Part shown: positions 10,805 through 20,419 of the stretch, in pieces | How positions within the stretch are numbered: the stretch's first letter is position 1 | Layout of the letters: the number at the start of each line of letters is the position of its first letter | Source of the DNA: Tequatrovirus BCH953P2 | Reading direction: 5' to 3' (one strand) | Sequence record: OZ035785.1 | DNA length: 64,000 bases | Position numbers and translations under genes: made by a program | Notes under the pieces: model-generated | Told to the model about the DNA's origin: nothing | Databases searched by the model: none | The model's input: the letters and a program-made list of their open reading frames with translations, nothing else

Positions 10805-10834
10805 ATCAATTCCTCAAAGGTAATTCATATGTTA

Positions 10835-10864
10835 ATAATACCACAGTTTGAGCTCGTTGTAAAC
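10835..10864 (-). promoter_or_regulatory. Early sigma70-type promoter
   Basis: Minus-strand GTTTAC-N18-TATTAT upstream of 10622..10804. Confidence 0.45.
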
Positions 10865-10935
10865 AACTTTGTGAAAAATATTTTAGGGAATGATAAGAAA
10901 GGAACGATAGCTTAGAATGGTAATATACAGAATGT

Positions 10936-10958
10936 GAGAAAGAAAGGCCCAGAGGGCC
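10936..10958 (-). terminator. Rho-independent terminator after nrdH
   Basis: Hairpin GGCCC-AGA-GGGCC followed on the minus strand by a U-rich run. Confidence 0.5.
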
Positions 10959-10962
10959 CGTC

Positions 10963-11271
10963 TTAATCTTCTATGATATCTCTATCATATCCAAGTGAAA
11001 TGAGAGTTTCTTTGAAGTGTTTAATGTTCTTTTGTCTAGAATCATTAATGAAAATGACTGGATAACGAATGTTAAGAGATGTGAATCCAGCGCGTTTAGC
11101 AAGAGATACAATCAGTGGACGATCATACTCAATCTTACCATTATTTGTAAGAACTTTATAGAAAGTAAAAGGAGCATTGAGCTCCTTTAGAAGTTTTGTA
11201 ACTGATTGACATCCAGGACAACGACCTACTTCATCTGGAATTCCATAGACTTCAATCTTATTTTGTTTCAC
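10963..11271 (-). CDS. nrdH: NrdH-type glutaredoxin-like protein
   Basis: 102 aa with CPGC redox motif (VGRCPGCQSV); adjacent to nrdG/nrdD. Confidence 0.75.
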   Translation of the reverse strand: MKQNKIEVYGIPDEVGRCPGCQSVTKLLKELNAPFTFYKVLTNNGKIEYDRPLIVSLAKRAGFTSLNIRYPVIFINDSRQKNIKHFKETLISLGYDRDIIED

Positions 11272-11273
11272 AA

Positions 11274-11486
11274 CTATTCCTTACTAAGAGCAGCATTCAA
11301 CTTATTAGTAATTTTATCCAGACGCTCATTAAACTCACTAGAAGATAAGCCCTTTTCTGGAGAAATTAAACTAATCACGAAAAATATAGCAATAAAAGGA
11401 ATAAGGAAAATAGCTCCAACTGCCATAAACAGAAAGAATGTTACAGTTGTAAGAAAATCAGCTAAACCTTTACGAAATTTATACAT
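11274..11486 (-). CDS. Small membrane protein
   Basis: 70 aa with a strongly hydrophobic segment (FLTTVTFFLFMAVGAIFLIPFIAIFFVISLI). Confidence 0.45.
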   Translation of the reverse strand: MYKFRKGLADFLTTVTFFLFMAVGAIFLIPFIAIFFVISLISPEKGLSSSEFNERLDKITNKLNAALSKE

Positions 11487-11604
11487 TTACCTTTACCTTT
11501 AATTGATTAACCAAGCATTGATAAGCACTAAACTATATTGGGAATAAAATTCTGGACCAAAATGAAAAATCATATCATTTATAGTATCCATAATGTAATT
11601 CAAT

Positions 11605-12075
11605 TTAATCATGTTTCCACACCCCATCGGTATTTGACCAAAGTCGCTGATTATCTGATCCTCGCCACAGCTTTTTAGTCGGAAGATTTTTCTCATACTT
11701 CCCATCAATAATAACATCAACATATTTAAGCATTTCTAGTTGTTTAATATCTTCAAACTTATATCCTGTCCACAACCAAATGCTTTTATTGGGATAAAGA
11801 TTTTTTACTGTTTGAACAATGCAATGAATAACATCCCGGTTATCAGGATAGAGAGGGTCACCTCCGGTTATAGTCAATCCTTCTATATAATCATTATTCA
11901 AACATTCAATTAATTGTTCTAGTGTTTCACCAGTGAATGGAATACCATTTCTAACATTCCATGTTGATTTATTATAACACCCTTCGCATTTATGCAAACA
12001 ACCTGTAACGAAAAGAACGGTCCTGCAGCCAGGGCCATTCACAAAATCACAGGGATAAAATCTATCGTAATTCAT
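11605..12075 (-). CDS. nrdG: Anaerobic ribonucleotide reductase activase NrdG (radical SAM)
   Basis: 156 aa; cysteine cluster CRTVLFVTGCLHKCEGC; stop overlaps the nrdD start. Confidence 0.85.
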   Translation of the reverse strand: MNYDRFYPCDFVNGPGCRTVLFVTGCLHKCEGCYNKSTWNVRNGIPFTGETLEQLIECLNNDYIEGLTITGGDPLYPDNRDVIHCIVQTVKNLYPNKSIWLWTGYKFEDIKQLEMLKYVDVIIDGKYEKNLPTKKLWRGSDNQRLWSNTDGVWKHD

Positions 12076-13889
12076 TGATGCTTAACCCTATGCATGATTT
12101 CTTTATTTTTACCGAGATTAAATCCGCGTTCGTTCGGGTTTCCAAGATATCCGCATGTTCTTCTTATTGTGTTCATCTTTTTAGGATCAGTTTCTCCACA
12201 AATAGAACAAACAAATCCGTTTTCAGTAGGAGTCATTTCATGGGTACTTCCGCATGTAAAACATTTATCTACTGGCATGTTAACACCAAAATAATCTAAA
12301 TGTTGTGCAGCATAATCCCATACGGCCTCAAGACCTTTTAAGTTATTTTTCATATCAGGAAGTTCAACATAAGAAATGTGACCACCTGTCGCAATGAAAT
12401 GATACGGCGCTTCACGAGAAATCTTTTCAAACGGAGTAATATTTTCTTCTACTGAAACGTGGAAACTGTTAGTGTACCAGCCTTTATCGGTAACATCTTT
12501 TACGCTTCCATATTTTTCTGTATCGAGTTTACAGAAGCGATAACAAAGGTTTTCAGCAGGAGTAGAATATAAACTAAAAGCAAATCCGGTTCTTTCAGTC
12601 CACTGTTTAAGATGAGCATTCATTTTAGTTAAAATTTCTCGTCCAATATCACGACCGACAAGAATATTCAATTCGTGAATACCAATGTATCCTAGGGACA
12701 CTGAACTTCTACCGTTTTTAAATAACTCAATTATGTCGTCATCAGGTTTAAGACGAACCCCGAATGCACCTTCTTGGTAAAGAATAGGAGCAACAGTAGC
12801 TTTAACTCCTTTTAAGGAACTAATTCTACACATCAAAGCTTCAAAACACAAATCCATTCGTTCATTGAATAATTCAACAAATTTCTGTTCATTGAACTGT
12901 GTTCCAATATAAGAATCTAACGCGATGCGAGGAAGATTCAATGTTACAACACCAAGATTATTACGTCCATCAAGAATTTCATTACCAGTCGAATCTTTCC
13001 ATACGCTCAAGAAACTACGGCAACCCATTGGAGAAACAGGAACAGATGAACCAGTGATAGCTTTATTGTTCTTAGCTGAAATAATATCAGGATACATCCT
13101 TTTGCTTGCACACTCTAGAGCAAGCTGCTTAATATCATAGTTCGGATCGTCTTTGTAAAGATTAACGCCTTCTTCGACGAACATAACAAGCTTAGGGAAA
13201 ATAGGAGTTATCCCATCACGACCAAGACCTTTAATACGATTTTTCAGAATTGCTTTCTGAATCATTCGTTCAGTCCAGTCAGTTCCCGTACCAAATGTAA
13301 TTGTTACAAAAGGTGTTTGCCCGTTTGAACTAAAGAGAGTATTTACTTCATATTCATAAGCTTGGAATGCATCGTATACGTCTTTTTCTGTTTTAGATTG
13401 AGCATAATTCAACGCATCAGCGATTTGCCATTTTTCTGCATCTTCAATATGTTTTGCATAGGTGCGTTTAACATAAGGAGAAAGTACTTTATCTACATTC
13501 GCAAAAGTCGTTCCGCCATATTGATGGGAAGCAACCTGTGCAGTAATTTGTGCCATAATTGCAGTAGCAACACCGATTGATTTAGGAGTTTCAATCTGTG
13601 CATTACCGAGCTTAAATCCGTTCTCAAGCATTCCTTTTAAATCTACTAAACAACAATTAGTAAAAGGCAATGATATACTGTAATCTAAATCATGAAAATG
13701 AATTAACCCGGCATTATGAGCATTTACAATATGACTTGGAAGAATACTGCAAGCGATATGTTTAGAAACAATACCGGCCATTAAATCTCTTTTTGTTGGA
13801 AAGACACGAGAATCTTTGTTGGCGTTTTCGGTATTTAATTCTTTATCTTTATTTGAAATAAAATTTAAAACATCTTTCTCTAAAGACAT
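12072..13889 (-). CDS. nrdD: Anaerobic ribonucleoside-triphosphate reductase NrdD, uninterrupted
   Basis: 605 aa continuous ORF; C-terminal glycyl-radical motif RRTCGYLG and zinc-ribbon cysteines CFTCGS...CSIC. Confidence 0.9.
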   Translation of the reverse strand: MSLEKDVLNFISNKDKELNTENANKDSRVFPTKRDLMAGIVSKHIACSILPSHIVNAHNAGLIHFHDLDYSISLPFTNCCLVDLKGMLENGFKLGNAQIETPKSIGVATAIMAQITAQVASHQYGGTTFANVDKVLSPYVKRTYAKHIEDAEKWQIADALNYAQSKTEKDVYDAFQAYEYEVNTLFSSNGQTPFVTITFGTGTDWTERMIQKAILKNRIKGLGRDGITPIFPKLVMFVEEGVNLYKDDPNYDIKQLALECASKRMYPDIISAKNNKAITGSSVPVSPMGCRSFLSVWKDSTGNEILDGRNNLGVVTLNLPRIALDSYIGTQFNEQKFVELFNERMDLCFEALMCRISSLKGVKATVAPILYQEGAFGVRLKPDDDIIELFKNGRSSVSLGYIGIHELNILVGRDIGREILTKMNAHLKQWTERTGFAFSLYSTPAENLCYRFCKLDTEKYGSVKDVTDKGWYTNSFHVSVEENITPFEKISREAPYHFIATGGHISYVELPDMKNNLKGLEAVWDYAAQHLDYFGVNMPVDKCFTCGSTHEMTPTENGFVCSICGETDPKKMNTIRRTCGYLGNPNERGFNLGKNKEIMHRVKHQ

Positions 13890-14701
13890 AATTCTAATTT
13901 ATCCTTTTGAAATTCTTCGTCTAAATATGGGTTCCAACCCATTTTAAACCTTTTGATGAAATTATCAATTCTAAATTTCGGTAAGTTTAAATCCGCAAAA
14001 ATAGATGATTTACTTTTAAAATCTGGACCTAAATAATCATATAAAATTTCTGCGTATTTTAACCATAATATATAAGTACCAGATTTAATTGCTCTCGGAG
14101 TTTTCCAAGGTTTTACACCATACATCGGATTTCCACTTCCTTTATGCCTGATAGAAGATGAAATTCCAATTTTAATTTTAGCTTCCTCTGTATGCGAAAA
14201 TCCATGATGTGGATTTTCTTTCCAATATTTTTTAGAAGCTTCTGATATTTTCTTTCTGGCTAAATTAGTATGATGCTTTCCATAAAATCCATGATTTTTA
14301 CCTTTATTACGATTTCTTTTAATCATGGTTATTGATTGCTTTTTTCTAGTTTCTTTAGAAGGAGAAACACCGTACGTTGTAAATTGACCATCAGCATATG
14401 CTAAATTAAAATACTCTTTATTCCATATATCTTTTTCTATATTCTTTTGAAATTCAGCTTCAATGCTAGTTATTTGCTCATCTCCGACTAATTGAAAATA
14501 TAATATTTCAACTTTCGGCGTTTCTTTCAACAGGGCTTTTTGAAATTCGGAAGATGACGAAGACGAATAATAAAATTTACCATTTTTATCAATAATATTC
14601 GTTCCGTCAAAAGCGCAATTAGTTTTACTTCCAATGTAATAATATGGCGGGGTTTTAGCATTAATTCTATTAATAAATGATAGTTTATATACTACATTCA
14701 T
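13880..14701 (-). CDS. Free-standing GIY-YIG homing endonuclease-like protein (seg-like)
   Basis: N-terminal GIY-YIG signature (VYKLSF...YYYIGSK); repeated NUMOD-like modules (GKNHGFYGKHHT, HHGFSHTEEAKIKIG, GSGNPMYG); overlaps nrdD start and gene 49 stop. Confidence 0.65.
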   Translation of the reverse strand: MNVVYKLSFINRINAKTPPYYYIGSKTNCAFDGTNIIDKNGKFYYSSSSSSEFQKALLKETPKVEILYFQLVGDEQITSIEAEFQKNIEKDIWNKEYFNLAYADGQFTTYGVSPSKETRKKQSITMIKRNRNKGKNHGFYGKHHTNLARKKISEASKKYWKENPHHGFSHTEEAKIKIGISSSIRHKGSGNPMYGVKPWKTPRAIKSGTYILWLKYAEILYDYLGPDFKSKSSIFADLNLPKFRIDNFIKRFKMGWNPYLDEEFQKDKLELCL

Positions 14702-15171
14702 TTTAAACTCTTTCTAAGCTGCTTCTTAAATGAAGCTATTAATTGTGTTTTGGTGTCAGATTCATTATATTCAAATCCTCTTTGAAGCATCTCAGCCATC
14801 ATTTCCTCTTTTCCTAAACGAGAAAATTCCTTTGATTTATCTCCAACGAAGTTAGGGTGAATATTATTTTGGGTGTAATCGGATTTTAAATAAGTAAGTA
14901 AATTTTCTAACCATTCAAGATAATCAACACCTTGTCCCTTTAAGCCAGAACGATTAAATTTATGCTTCATTTGACCTTCTGCGGCATTGCAGAGATTACA
15001 AAGCAATCCACGTACCTTTCCTGCTTTTGGTCCATTTAATTCATGGTCATGGTCAAGGTGATTAGCTTGAACGTCAGGATTTAGTTCTCGTTGGCAAATT
15101 AAGCATTTACCATTTTGTGCATCATAAAATTTCTGTTTTTCTTCTTTATATAATTTGCCAGTCAATAACAT
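14698..15171 (-). CDS. 49: Endonuclease VII (Holliday junction resolvase)
   Basis: 157 aa matching remembered T4 endo VII (MLLTGKLYKEEKQKFYDAQNGKCLICQREL...HLDHDH). Confidence 0.9.
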   Translation of the reverse strand: MLLTGKLYKEEKQKFYDAQNGKCLICQRELNPDVQANHLDHDHELNGPKAGKVRGLLCNLCNAAEGQMKHKFNRSGLKGQGVDYLEWLENLLTYLKSDYTQNNIHPNFVGDKSKEFSRLGKEEMMAEMLQRGFEYNESDTKTQLIASFKKQLRKSLK

Positions 15172-15213
15172 AATAAAACCCTTACCTTAAATAGATAAGG
15201 GTATTTATTATTT

Positions 15214-15699
15214 TCAAGTATTGTAAAACATTTGATTCAATCGCTTATATTGCCGAATCTTTTGGTCAGAAAAAGAAATTTGGGTTTCAAGCCATTCAAT
15301 ATATTCTGCCGCAGCTTGCATCAAATTTCCTTCATAGCCATCGTTATTTTCTTGTGCAGCTAATTTAGCTAATGCGTATGAAATACGTTCACCTTGAAAA
15401 TCGGCTTTAGGTATTTGAACATCTTGACTAGTTCTCTCTACAACTTCTTCAATTTCGCCATTTTCAACGGATTCAGTATTCCATAAGCACCAATACGTAA
15501 TTGGCTTATCGTAGATGTTAATAATCTTTCCATCAGAAAGTTCAATTTCAATAATTCCAGTATCAGGTTCTATATCATCTTCGCATTCTTTTGCAAGTTC
15601 ACGAACTTTAAAGACAGTACCTGCACTAAGTTCCGGCCAGTAATTACATAGCCCTGTATCAGCACGATTAATTCTAAACCACTTATCTACTGTAATCAT
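15214..15699 (-). CDS. pin: Protease inhibitor Pin
   Basis: 161 aa from MITVDKWFRINRADTG, in the T4 pin position next to gene 49. Confidence 0.6.
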   Translation of the reverse strand: MITVDKWFRINRADTGLCNYWPELSAGTVFKVRELAKECEDDIEPDTGIIEIELSDGKIINIYDKPITYWCLWNTESVENGEIEEVVERTSQDVQIPKADFQGERISYALAKLAAQENNDGYEGNLMQAAAEYIEWLETQISFSDQKIRQYKRLNQMFYNT

Positions 15700-15822
15700 G
15701 TCCCATCTCCATATCAATTAAGTTATTTATCGTTGGTTCATTATATACTGTTTCTTCATCAGTGTAAACCGGTTCTTCCGGCTCTGGCTCTACAGTTTCC
15801 CATCTAGCCGCCCACCAAGGTT

Positions 15823-16143
15823 TTATAGCGTAATCCATTCTCGTACTGTCTGAGTTACTACACGTTCTCGAAGCTCAACCAGTTCAACGGTAGGAACTGC
15901 ATAATACCAGTCAGAATGGTAAGAACCTGAGCGAGATTCATTTACGGAAACATATACGTAGTGTTTTGGGCTAAAGTAAATTACTCGACGATATTGGCAT
16001 TTGCCTTGTTGAGTCCATTCTTCGGATTCAATCTGAATAAGATAGTCGGAAAAATCGAAATCATAGTTTTCCGAAAATGCATCATGGTCTTCGATGATTT
16101 CGCTCAGAACTGCATCAACATCTAATTTATTTTCAATAGTCAT
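15823..16143 (-). CDS. Hypothetical protein (49.1 position)
   Basis: 106 aa ORF. Confidence 0.4.
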   Translation of the reverse strand: MTIENKLDVDAVLSEIIEDHDAFSENYDFDFSDYLIQIESEEWTQQGKCQYRRVIYFSPKHYVYVSVNESRSGSYHSDWYYAVPTVELVELRERVVTQTVREWITL

Positions 16144-16154
16144 TTTTTCACCAA

Positions 16155-16349
16155 TTAATTTCGCAATTTATTAAGTTCTTCATAATCAATCCAGGATTCT
16201 AATCCTGATGGCAAATCAGATTCAATTTCCCAAAGAAGTTCTTCAATTTTATGAAGACGATCTAATTCTTCAGCTGGAATAGTAACCATTGATGGAGTTC
16301 TTGATACACTAATATCGTAAATCATATTTACCCCAGCTTGACCATGCAA
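16155..16349 (-). CDS. Hypothetical protein (49.2 position)
   Basis: 64 aa ORF. Confidence 0.4.
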   Translation of the reverse strand: MHGQAGVNMIYDISVSRTPSMVTIPAEELDRLHKIEELLWEIESDLPSGLESWIDYEELNKLRN

Positions 16350-16543
16350 TCACCGTATTTCCACTTAGAAATAGACTTTTCACCATTAGAATAATAAACT
16401 TCGAGTTTAGCACGATTATTTTTAATTTGAATAACCTTGGCTGTCATCAAAGTTCCATACCCATAGTAAACTGCAACTTCATCACCTACATATACCGCGC
16501 TTCCGCGGTAGTCATGGATATAATCAGTTCCTTCGAGAATCAT
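16328..16543 (-). CDS. Hypothetical protein (49.3 position)
   Basis: 71 aa ORF; stop overlaps nrdC start. Confidence 0.4.
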   Translation of the reverse strand: MILEGTDYIHDYRGSAVYVGDEVAVYYGYGTLMTAKVIQIKNNRAKLEVYYSNGEKSISKWKYGDCMVKLG

Positions 16544-16803
16544 TTAAAGTATTCCCGCAATTGGTCAAATCCACCAATATGACTTCCATCAGGAGCAAAT
16601 ACCTGAGGCATCGTCAATCCGATTTGAGTATCACGACCTAGTTTAGTCAGAAGCTCAGCGATTTTCTCATCATCAAAAACACCTTTTTCCGGCATAATGT
16701 TGATAAATTCAAACGGCTGTTTCTTCACGGTCAAAAGACGTTTTGCATTATCGCAGTACACACATTTGTGGATGTTGCTATCATAACCATATACTTTAAA
16801 CAT
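16540..16803 (-). CDS. nrdC: Thioredoxin/glutaredoxin NrdC
   Basis: 87 aa, CVYC active site (MFKVYGYDSNIHKCVYCDNAKRLL). Confidence 0.85.
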   Translation of the reverse strand: MFKVYGYDSNIHKCVYCDNAKRLLTVKKQPFEFINIMPEKGVFDDEKIAELLTKLGRDTQIGLTMPQVFAPDGSHIGGFDQLREYFK

Positions 16804-16804
16804 A

Positions 16805-17062
16805 TTATTCCTTAATTCCTAGTACTTGTTTAAAAGTCTCGTCGTAATCAAGACTTTGGCCCGTTTGTTCTTTATGTTTGTATATAATATCACTTACTTC
16901 TGATAGCATATTTTTATATGAACGAGTTAAAGCAGATTTAAGCACGCTGTATCTATCAGGAAATTTACCATGTTCATAATAATAAGCTATTGCTAATTCG
17001 CGGACTGCCATTTCAGCAGTCTTCATATATTCTTTACGCTTTGTCATTTTCTTCTCGGTCAA
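16805..17062 (-). CDS. Hypothetical protein (nrdC.1 position)
   Basis: 85 aa ORF. Confidence 0.45.
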   Translation of the reverse strand: MTEKKMTKRKEYMKTAEMAVRELAIAYYYEHGKFPDRYSVLKSALTRSYKNMLSEVSDIIYKHKEQTGQSLDYDETFKQVLGIKE

Positions 17063-17348
17063 ATCGGTGTTTACAATGACGACATTTATAACGAAGATTA
17101 CTAGTCTGCCAATGAACTAATTGTACCTGTTCAGTACCACACTCAGGACAATTAGGAACGTTTTTAGAAGCCCTTTCACGACGTTCAACCATGACCATTA
17201 CAGAATCCCAATTAACAGGAGGGCTATAATCATCACAACCATGAATCTTTCCACGCATTTCCAGATCGTCTTCTTCACCAGCCATAATAATTTTAATTAG
17301 ACTAGAATTACTTGAAGCTGCAATGTCTTCTAATAGACGCTTTTTCAT
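17034..17348 (-). CDS. Zinc-ribbon protein (nrdC.2 position)
   Basis: 104 aa; paired cysteines CPECGTEQ...CRHCKHRF. Confidence 0.45.
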   Translation of the reverse strand: MKKRLLEDIAASSNSSLIKIIMAGEEDDLEMRGKIHGCDDYSPPVNWDSVMVMVERRERASKNVPNCPECGTEQVQLVHWQTSNLRYKCRHCKHRFDREENDKA

Positions 17349-18274
17349 TTCAATACCTCAATAGCATTACGTAAACCATTTGCTTTTGCATTAAGAGCTT
17401 TTAACAATTTGGTGTGTTCTGCAATTTGGGCTTCAACTTCAATCAAACGAGCATTGAGATATTCGCGTTCTTCACTCAGATTATCAGCCTTTTCTGCTTT
17501 AGGTTCTTTTACAACTTGCTTATATGTATTAGGGTTCTTCAGTTTAATTAGAATGCGTGAACTGTACAGCATTGAACCATTATCTTCGGTTTCGTCATAC
17601 ATTTCCACTACGTCCATCATCTCCACCATCGTGCAGAGTTTATAAGACAACGAACGAATAATTTTGTTGTGCTTATTAATTTCTCTAGCTGTCATGGTGC
17701 CGAGATTACGTGAGTAATAATAAGGAACCTGGATATTAATTAATACTGATGAACCACCTGGCTTGTGTGTTACTTCATCAGCAATAACCCAATCCTTAAC
17801 ATGAACTGTATTTGTACGGTCATCGCCCGCGGTAAATAGTTTACGAGCATGCTTAAAAAGCATATTCACTTGGTCATTGAATTGACAAGCGAATTTATCA
17901 GCAAATTTAGTTTCGGGAATGGTAGATAACCAATCAGCCAAATGGGTCTTTTTAACATCGTTAACAATAGTAAATTCAACCAAATCGGTTATAGATGTCT
18001 CAGATTTAATGAAGCTCGGCTTCATAAAGTTTTTAATGTTATCACTAGCTACAGTAGAAGATAACAGACGAGAACGTTTAAACCATTGAAGCAAATTGCC
18101 TAACGAATGAGAATAAGCGTTTTGAGTATCTTTACAGATATGATTTTCCTGGCCAACATATTGAAGGAAATCACGAAGAATATTATTGATTACTGCTCTG
18201 TGTCCTATCTGATAATTACGATGTTTAGTAATAAGACTGTCAAAATAATCAATATAATGTTTACGAGTTTTCAT
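17345..18274 (-). CDS. Hypothetical protein with C-terminal coiled coil (nrdC.3 position)
   Basis: 309 aa, starts MKTRKH, ends in heptad-like segment [33 protein letters not shown]. Confidence 0.5.
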   Translation of the reverse strand: MKTRKHYIDYFDSLITKHRNYQIGHRAVINNILRDFLQYVGQENHICKDTQNAYSHSLGNLLQWFKRSRLLSSTVASDNIKNFMKPSFIKSETSITDLVEFTIVNDVKKTHLADWLSTIPETKFADKFACQFNDQVNMLFKHARKLFTAGDDRTNTVHVKDWVIADEVTHKPGGSSVLINIQVPYYYSRNLGTMTAREINKHNKIIRSLSYKLCTMVEMMDVVEMYDETEDNGSMLYSSRILIKLKNPNTYKQVVKEPKAEKADNLSEEREYLNARLIEVEAQIAEHTKLLKALNAKANGLRNAIEVLK

Positions 18275-18326
18275 GTTCTTCTCACTTTGTTAATGATTTG
18301 TACTCCGAGCCATCCTTGGCTTTAAA

Positions 18327-19328
18327 TTACTTAATTAACTGTAAAGCTTGTTCAAGACGATCCAAGCGATTAACAGATTCTTCCCAAATCCTTTTAGCCC
18401 GCTCATATTCTTTCTGCGCTTTATTAGAAATTTCTAGAACTTCTTTATAAGCTTTTTCTAGTGCAATAACTTCTGGACGAATTTCTATCGGTTCAGGTGA
18501 ATCATCAAGACATTCCATTAGTTCCTCAAGGGTAGTTTCTTCTTTAGGAGTATTCACAATTTCATCACATTTTTGTTGGTAAATTTCTTTATCAGTCGGT
18601 GAGTACGCGCACTTTACTTCACGAAGACTAATTACAATTTTATATCCTTCCCAACCGCATATATTCTTAAAAGGATAAGTATGAATATTTTCTACTGTTT
18701 CCATACAAAGTAATGCGGTCTCTAATTGACGAGTTATAGTGCTAGCAATTGAGAAAAATTTATTAATATTCTTTTGGTTAGTTTCTGGTGTAAAAAATCC
18801 ATAATTCACAAAAATAGATACTTTATTTTTATCAAGTTCATATTCTTTTATGATAATCATATCAGAAGCCAAAGGATGAATTTGACGATAATCGCCATAA
18901 CATAATTTAGAAGCTGATTTTAGAATCTGTCCTTTGAAAAGTCTGAAATTACTAATCCAACGACGAGTAAAAATATTCTCAGGGTCTTCTTTATTATTAA
19001 GATGATAAGAATTAACATCACCGAACCAATTATATCCTACTACATCTTTGGTTCGTTTAATTTCTTTCCCAAAATTACCAAGAATATCCCGATTAACCAA
19101 ATATGAAAGAAGACGAGACTCTTTAAAGGTTTTCTTGATAACATCTTTATCTACACGGCTAGAAATTTTACGAATTTCATGAATAAATTTAGCAGAAGAA
19201 ACAATACCTGCATCAACACTATTGAGCCATTGATTGATAATAGAAAGAACGCTATTTTGGCCAAACATCGGTATAGCTTTATCATCAATAACGCTATTGA
19301 ATGATTTGATATATTCGTTACGAGTCAT
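18327..19328 (-). CDS. Hypothetical protein with C-terminal coiled coil (nrdC.4 position)
   Basis: Start set at MTRNEY, preceded by GAGGAG; C-terminal coiled coil. Confidence 0.5.
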   Translation of the reverse strand: MTRNEYIKSFNSVIDDKAIPMFGQNSVLSIINQWLNSVDAGIVSSAKFIHEIRKISSRVDKDVIKKTFKESRLLSYLVNRDILGNFGKEIKRTKDVVGYNWFGDVNSYHLNNKEDPENIFTRRWISNFRLFKGQILKSASKLCYGDYRQIHPLASDMIIIKEYELDKNKVSIFVNYGFFTPETNQKNINKFFSIASTITRQLETALLCMETVENIHTYPFKNICGWEGYKIVISLREVKCAYSPTDKEIYQQKCDEIVNTPKEETTLEELMECLDDSPEPIEIRPEVIALEKAYKEVLEISNKAQKEYERAKRIWEESVNRLDRLEQALQLIK

Positions 19329-19366
19329 ATTAATCTCCTCAGTAGAAAGTAAGAACATTATACCAC

Positions 19367-19386
19367 ATCCTTGTGGCAAAGTAAAC
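19367..19386 (-). promoter_or_regulatory. Early sigma70-type promoter, short spacer
   Basis: Minus-strand GTTTAC and TATAAT but only 8 nt apart, so weaker than the others; upstream of the 18327..19328 start. Confidence 0.3.
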
Positions 19387-20411
19387 TAGTTCAGTGCATT
19401 TAGTGCATTGTTCAGTTTAGAACGTTGCTTTGTCAGATTTTGAACCCTTGACTGAGCTTGTTCTAACGCCTTTTCAGCTTCTAGCACTTCATTGGTCGCT
19501 TTAACGAGTTCATCATCTACTGCCTTAAGGGACTTCTCAATCGCATCCGCGTGCCATTTTTCAACAGGTTTAAGACTCGGATTTTCAATAGGAAGAAAAT
19601 TCACTTTATTGAATTTCCATGCATCCTTATTACCTGAACTATACATCCAAAATTTAGGATCGTTTGATAAGTAATTGGATAAATTTAAATTTAAGTTATC
19701 TTGTACTTCTTGCTTTTTCTCTTGCGGGACTTCGTCCTTTCTCAAAAAATCATATTTAAATGAAACGATCATATCAAGTTCATATGATGTTGTATCTAAC
19801 TTAAATCGTTCAAAACGAGGTAAAATCTTAGATTGAACAGCAGCAACAACATCCATATACTTAAATGCTTCTGTCAACTGTGATTTAAGGCATTCACAAA
19901 TTGAAAGAGAATTTTTTGTATTAGGCTTAAAGCTAATTCGTGCAGTTCTATTATTTTCTTTTAATGGTCTTACTTCCATTTGAAGAGTATAACCATCAAA
20001 TTTCAGATTCTTTAAGTTAATATCAGAACCTTTTAATCGACTAGCAGTAGACAAAATTTGCTTTAATTGTTTACGGAATAGAGCAATAAATCTCCATTCA
20101 AGACGATAATGATTTGGATTAAAAAATCCTGTTGATAAATCGACCTTACTCTGACCAACGCCTTGAACAAATAGAGGATTTTTATAATCAATAGTTTTAC
20201 AGAAATCGGTGAGCTGCTCACGAGCAGTCATTTGTGTAATATACCCCGCTTTACTAAAATGACGTAACCATTCACTGCTATTCATATACTTAAAGTGAAT
20301 ATCACGATTAACTTTATCAGGGTCTAAATTATTTTGGCACAAAAATGTCATAACATCACGAGTATAGCTGGCATTACGAACCATATCTTCAATTTGAGAA
20401 CGAGTTTTCAT
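19386..20411 (-). CDS. Hypothetical protein with C-terminal coiled coil (nrdC.5 position)
   Basis: 341 aa, starts MKTRSQ, ends LEAEKALEQAQSRVQNLTKQRSKLNNALNALN. Confidence 0.5.
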   Translation of the reverse strand: MKTRSQIEDMVRNASYTRDVMTFLCQNNLDPDKVNRDIHFKYMNSSEWLRHFSKAGYITQMTAREQLTDFCKTIDYKNPLFVQGVGQSKVDLSTGFFNPNHYRLEWRFIALFRKQLKQILSTASRLKGSDINLKNLKFDGYTLQMEVRPLKENNRTARISFKPNTKNSLSICECLKSQLTEAFKYMDVVAAVQSKILPRFERFKLDTTSYELDMIVSFKYDFLRKDEVPQEKKQEVQDNLNLNLSNYLSNDPKFWMYSSGNKDAWKFNKVNFLPIENPSLKPVEKWHADAIEKSLKAVDDELVKATNEVLEAEKALEQAQSRVQNLTKQRSKLNNALNALN

Positions 20412-20419
20412 AGTGTTCC

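Noticed and set aside
11499-11723. ORF 11499..11723 overlapping the nrdG 3-prime end
   Set aside because: Alternate-frame overlap with nrdG, whose radical-SAM cysteine motif supports its frame.
12072-13889. Group I intron in nrdD, as in T4
   Set aside because: The nrdD reading frame is continuous over 605 codons with the glycyl-radical motif intact, so no intron is present in this window.
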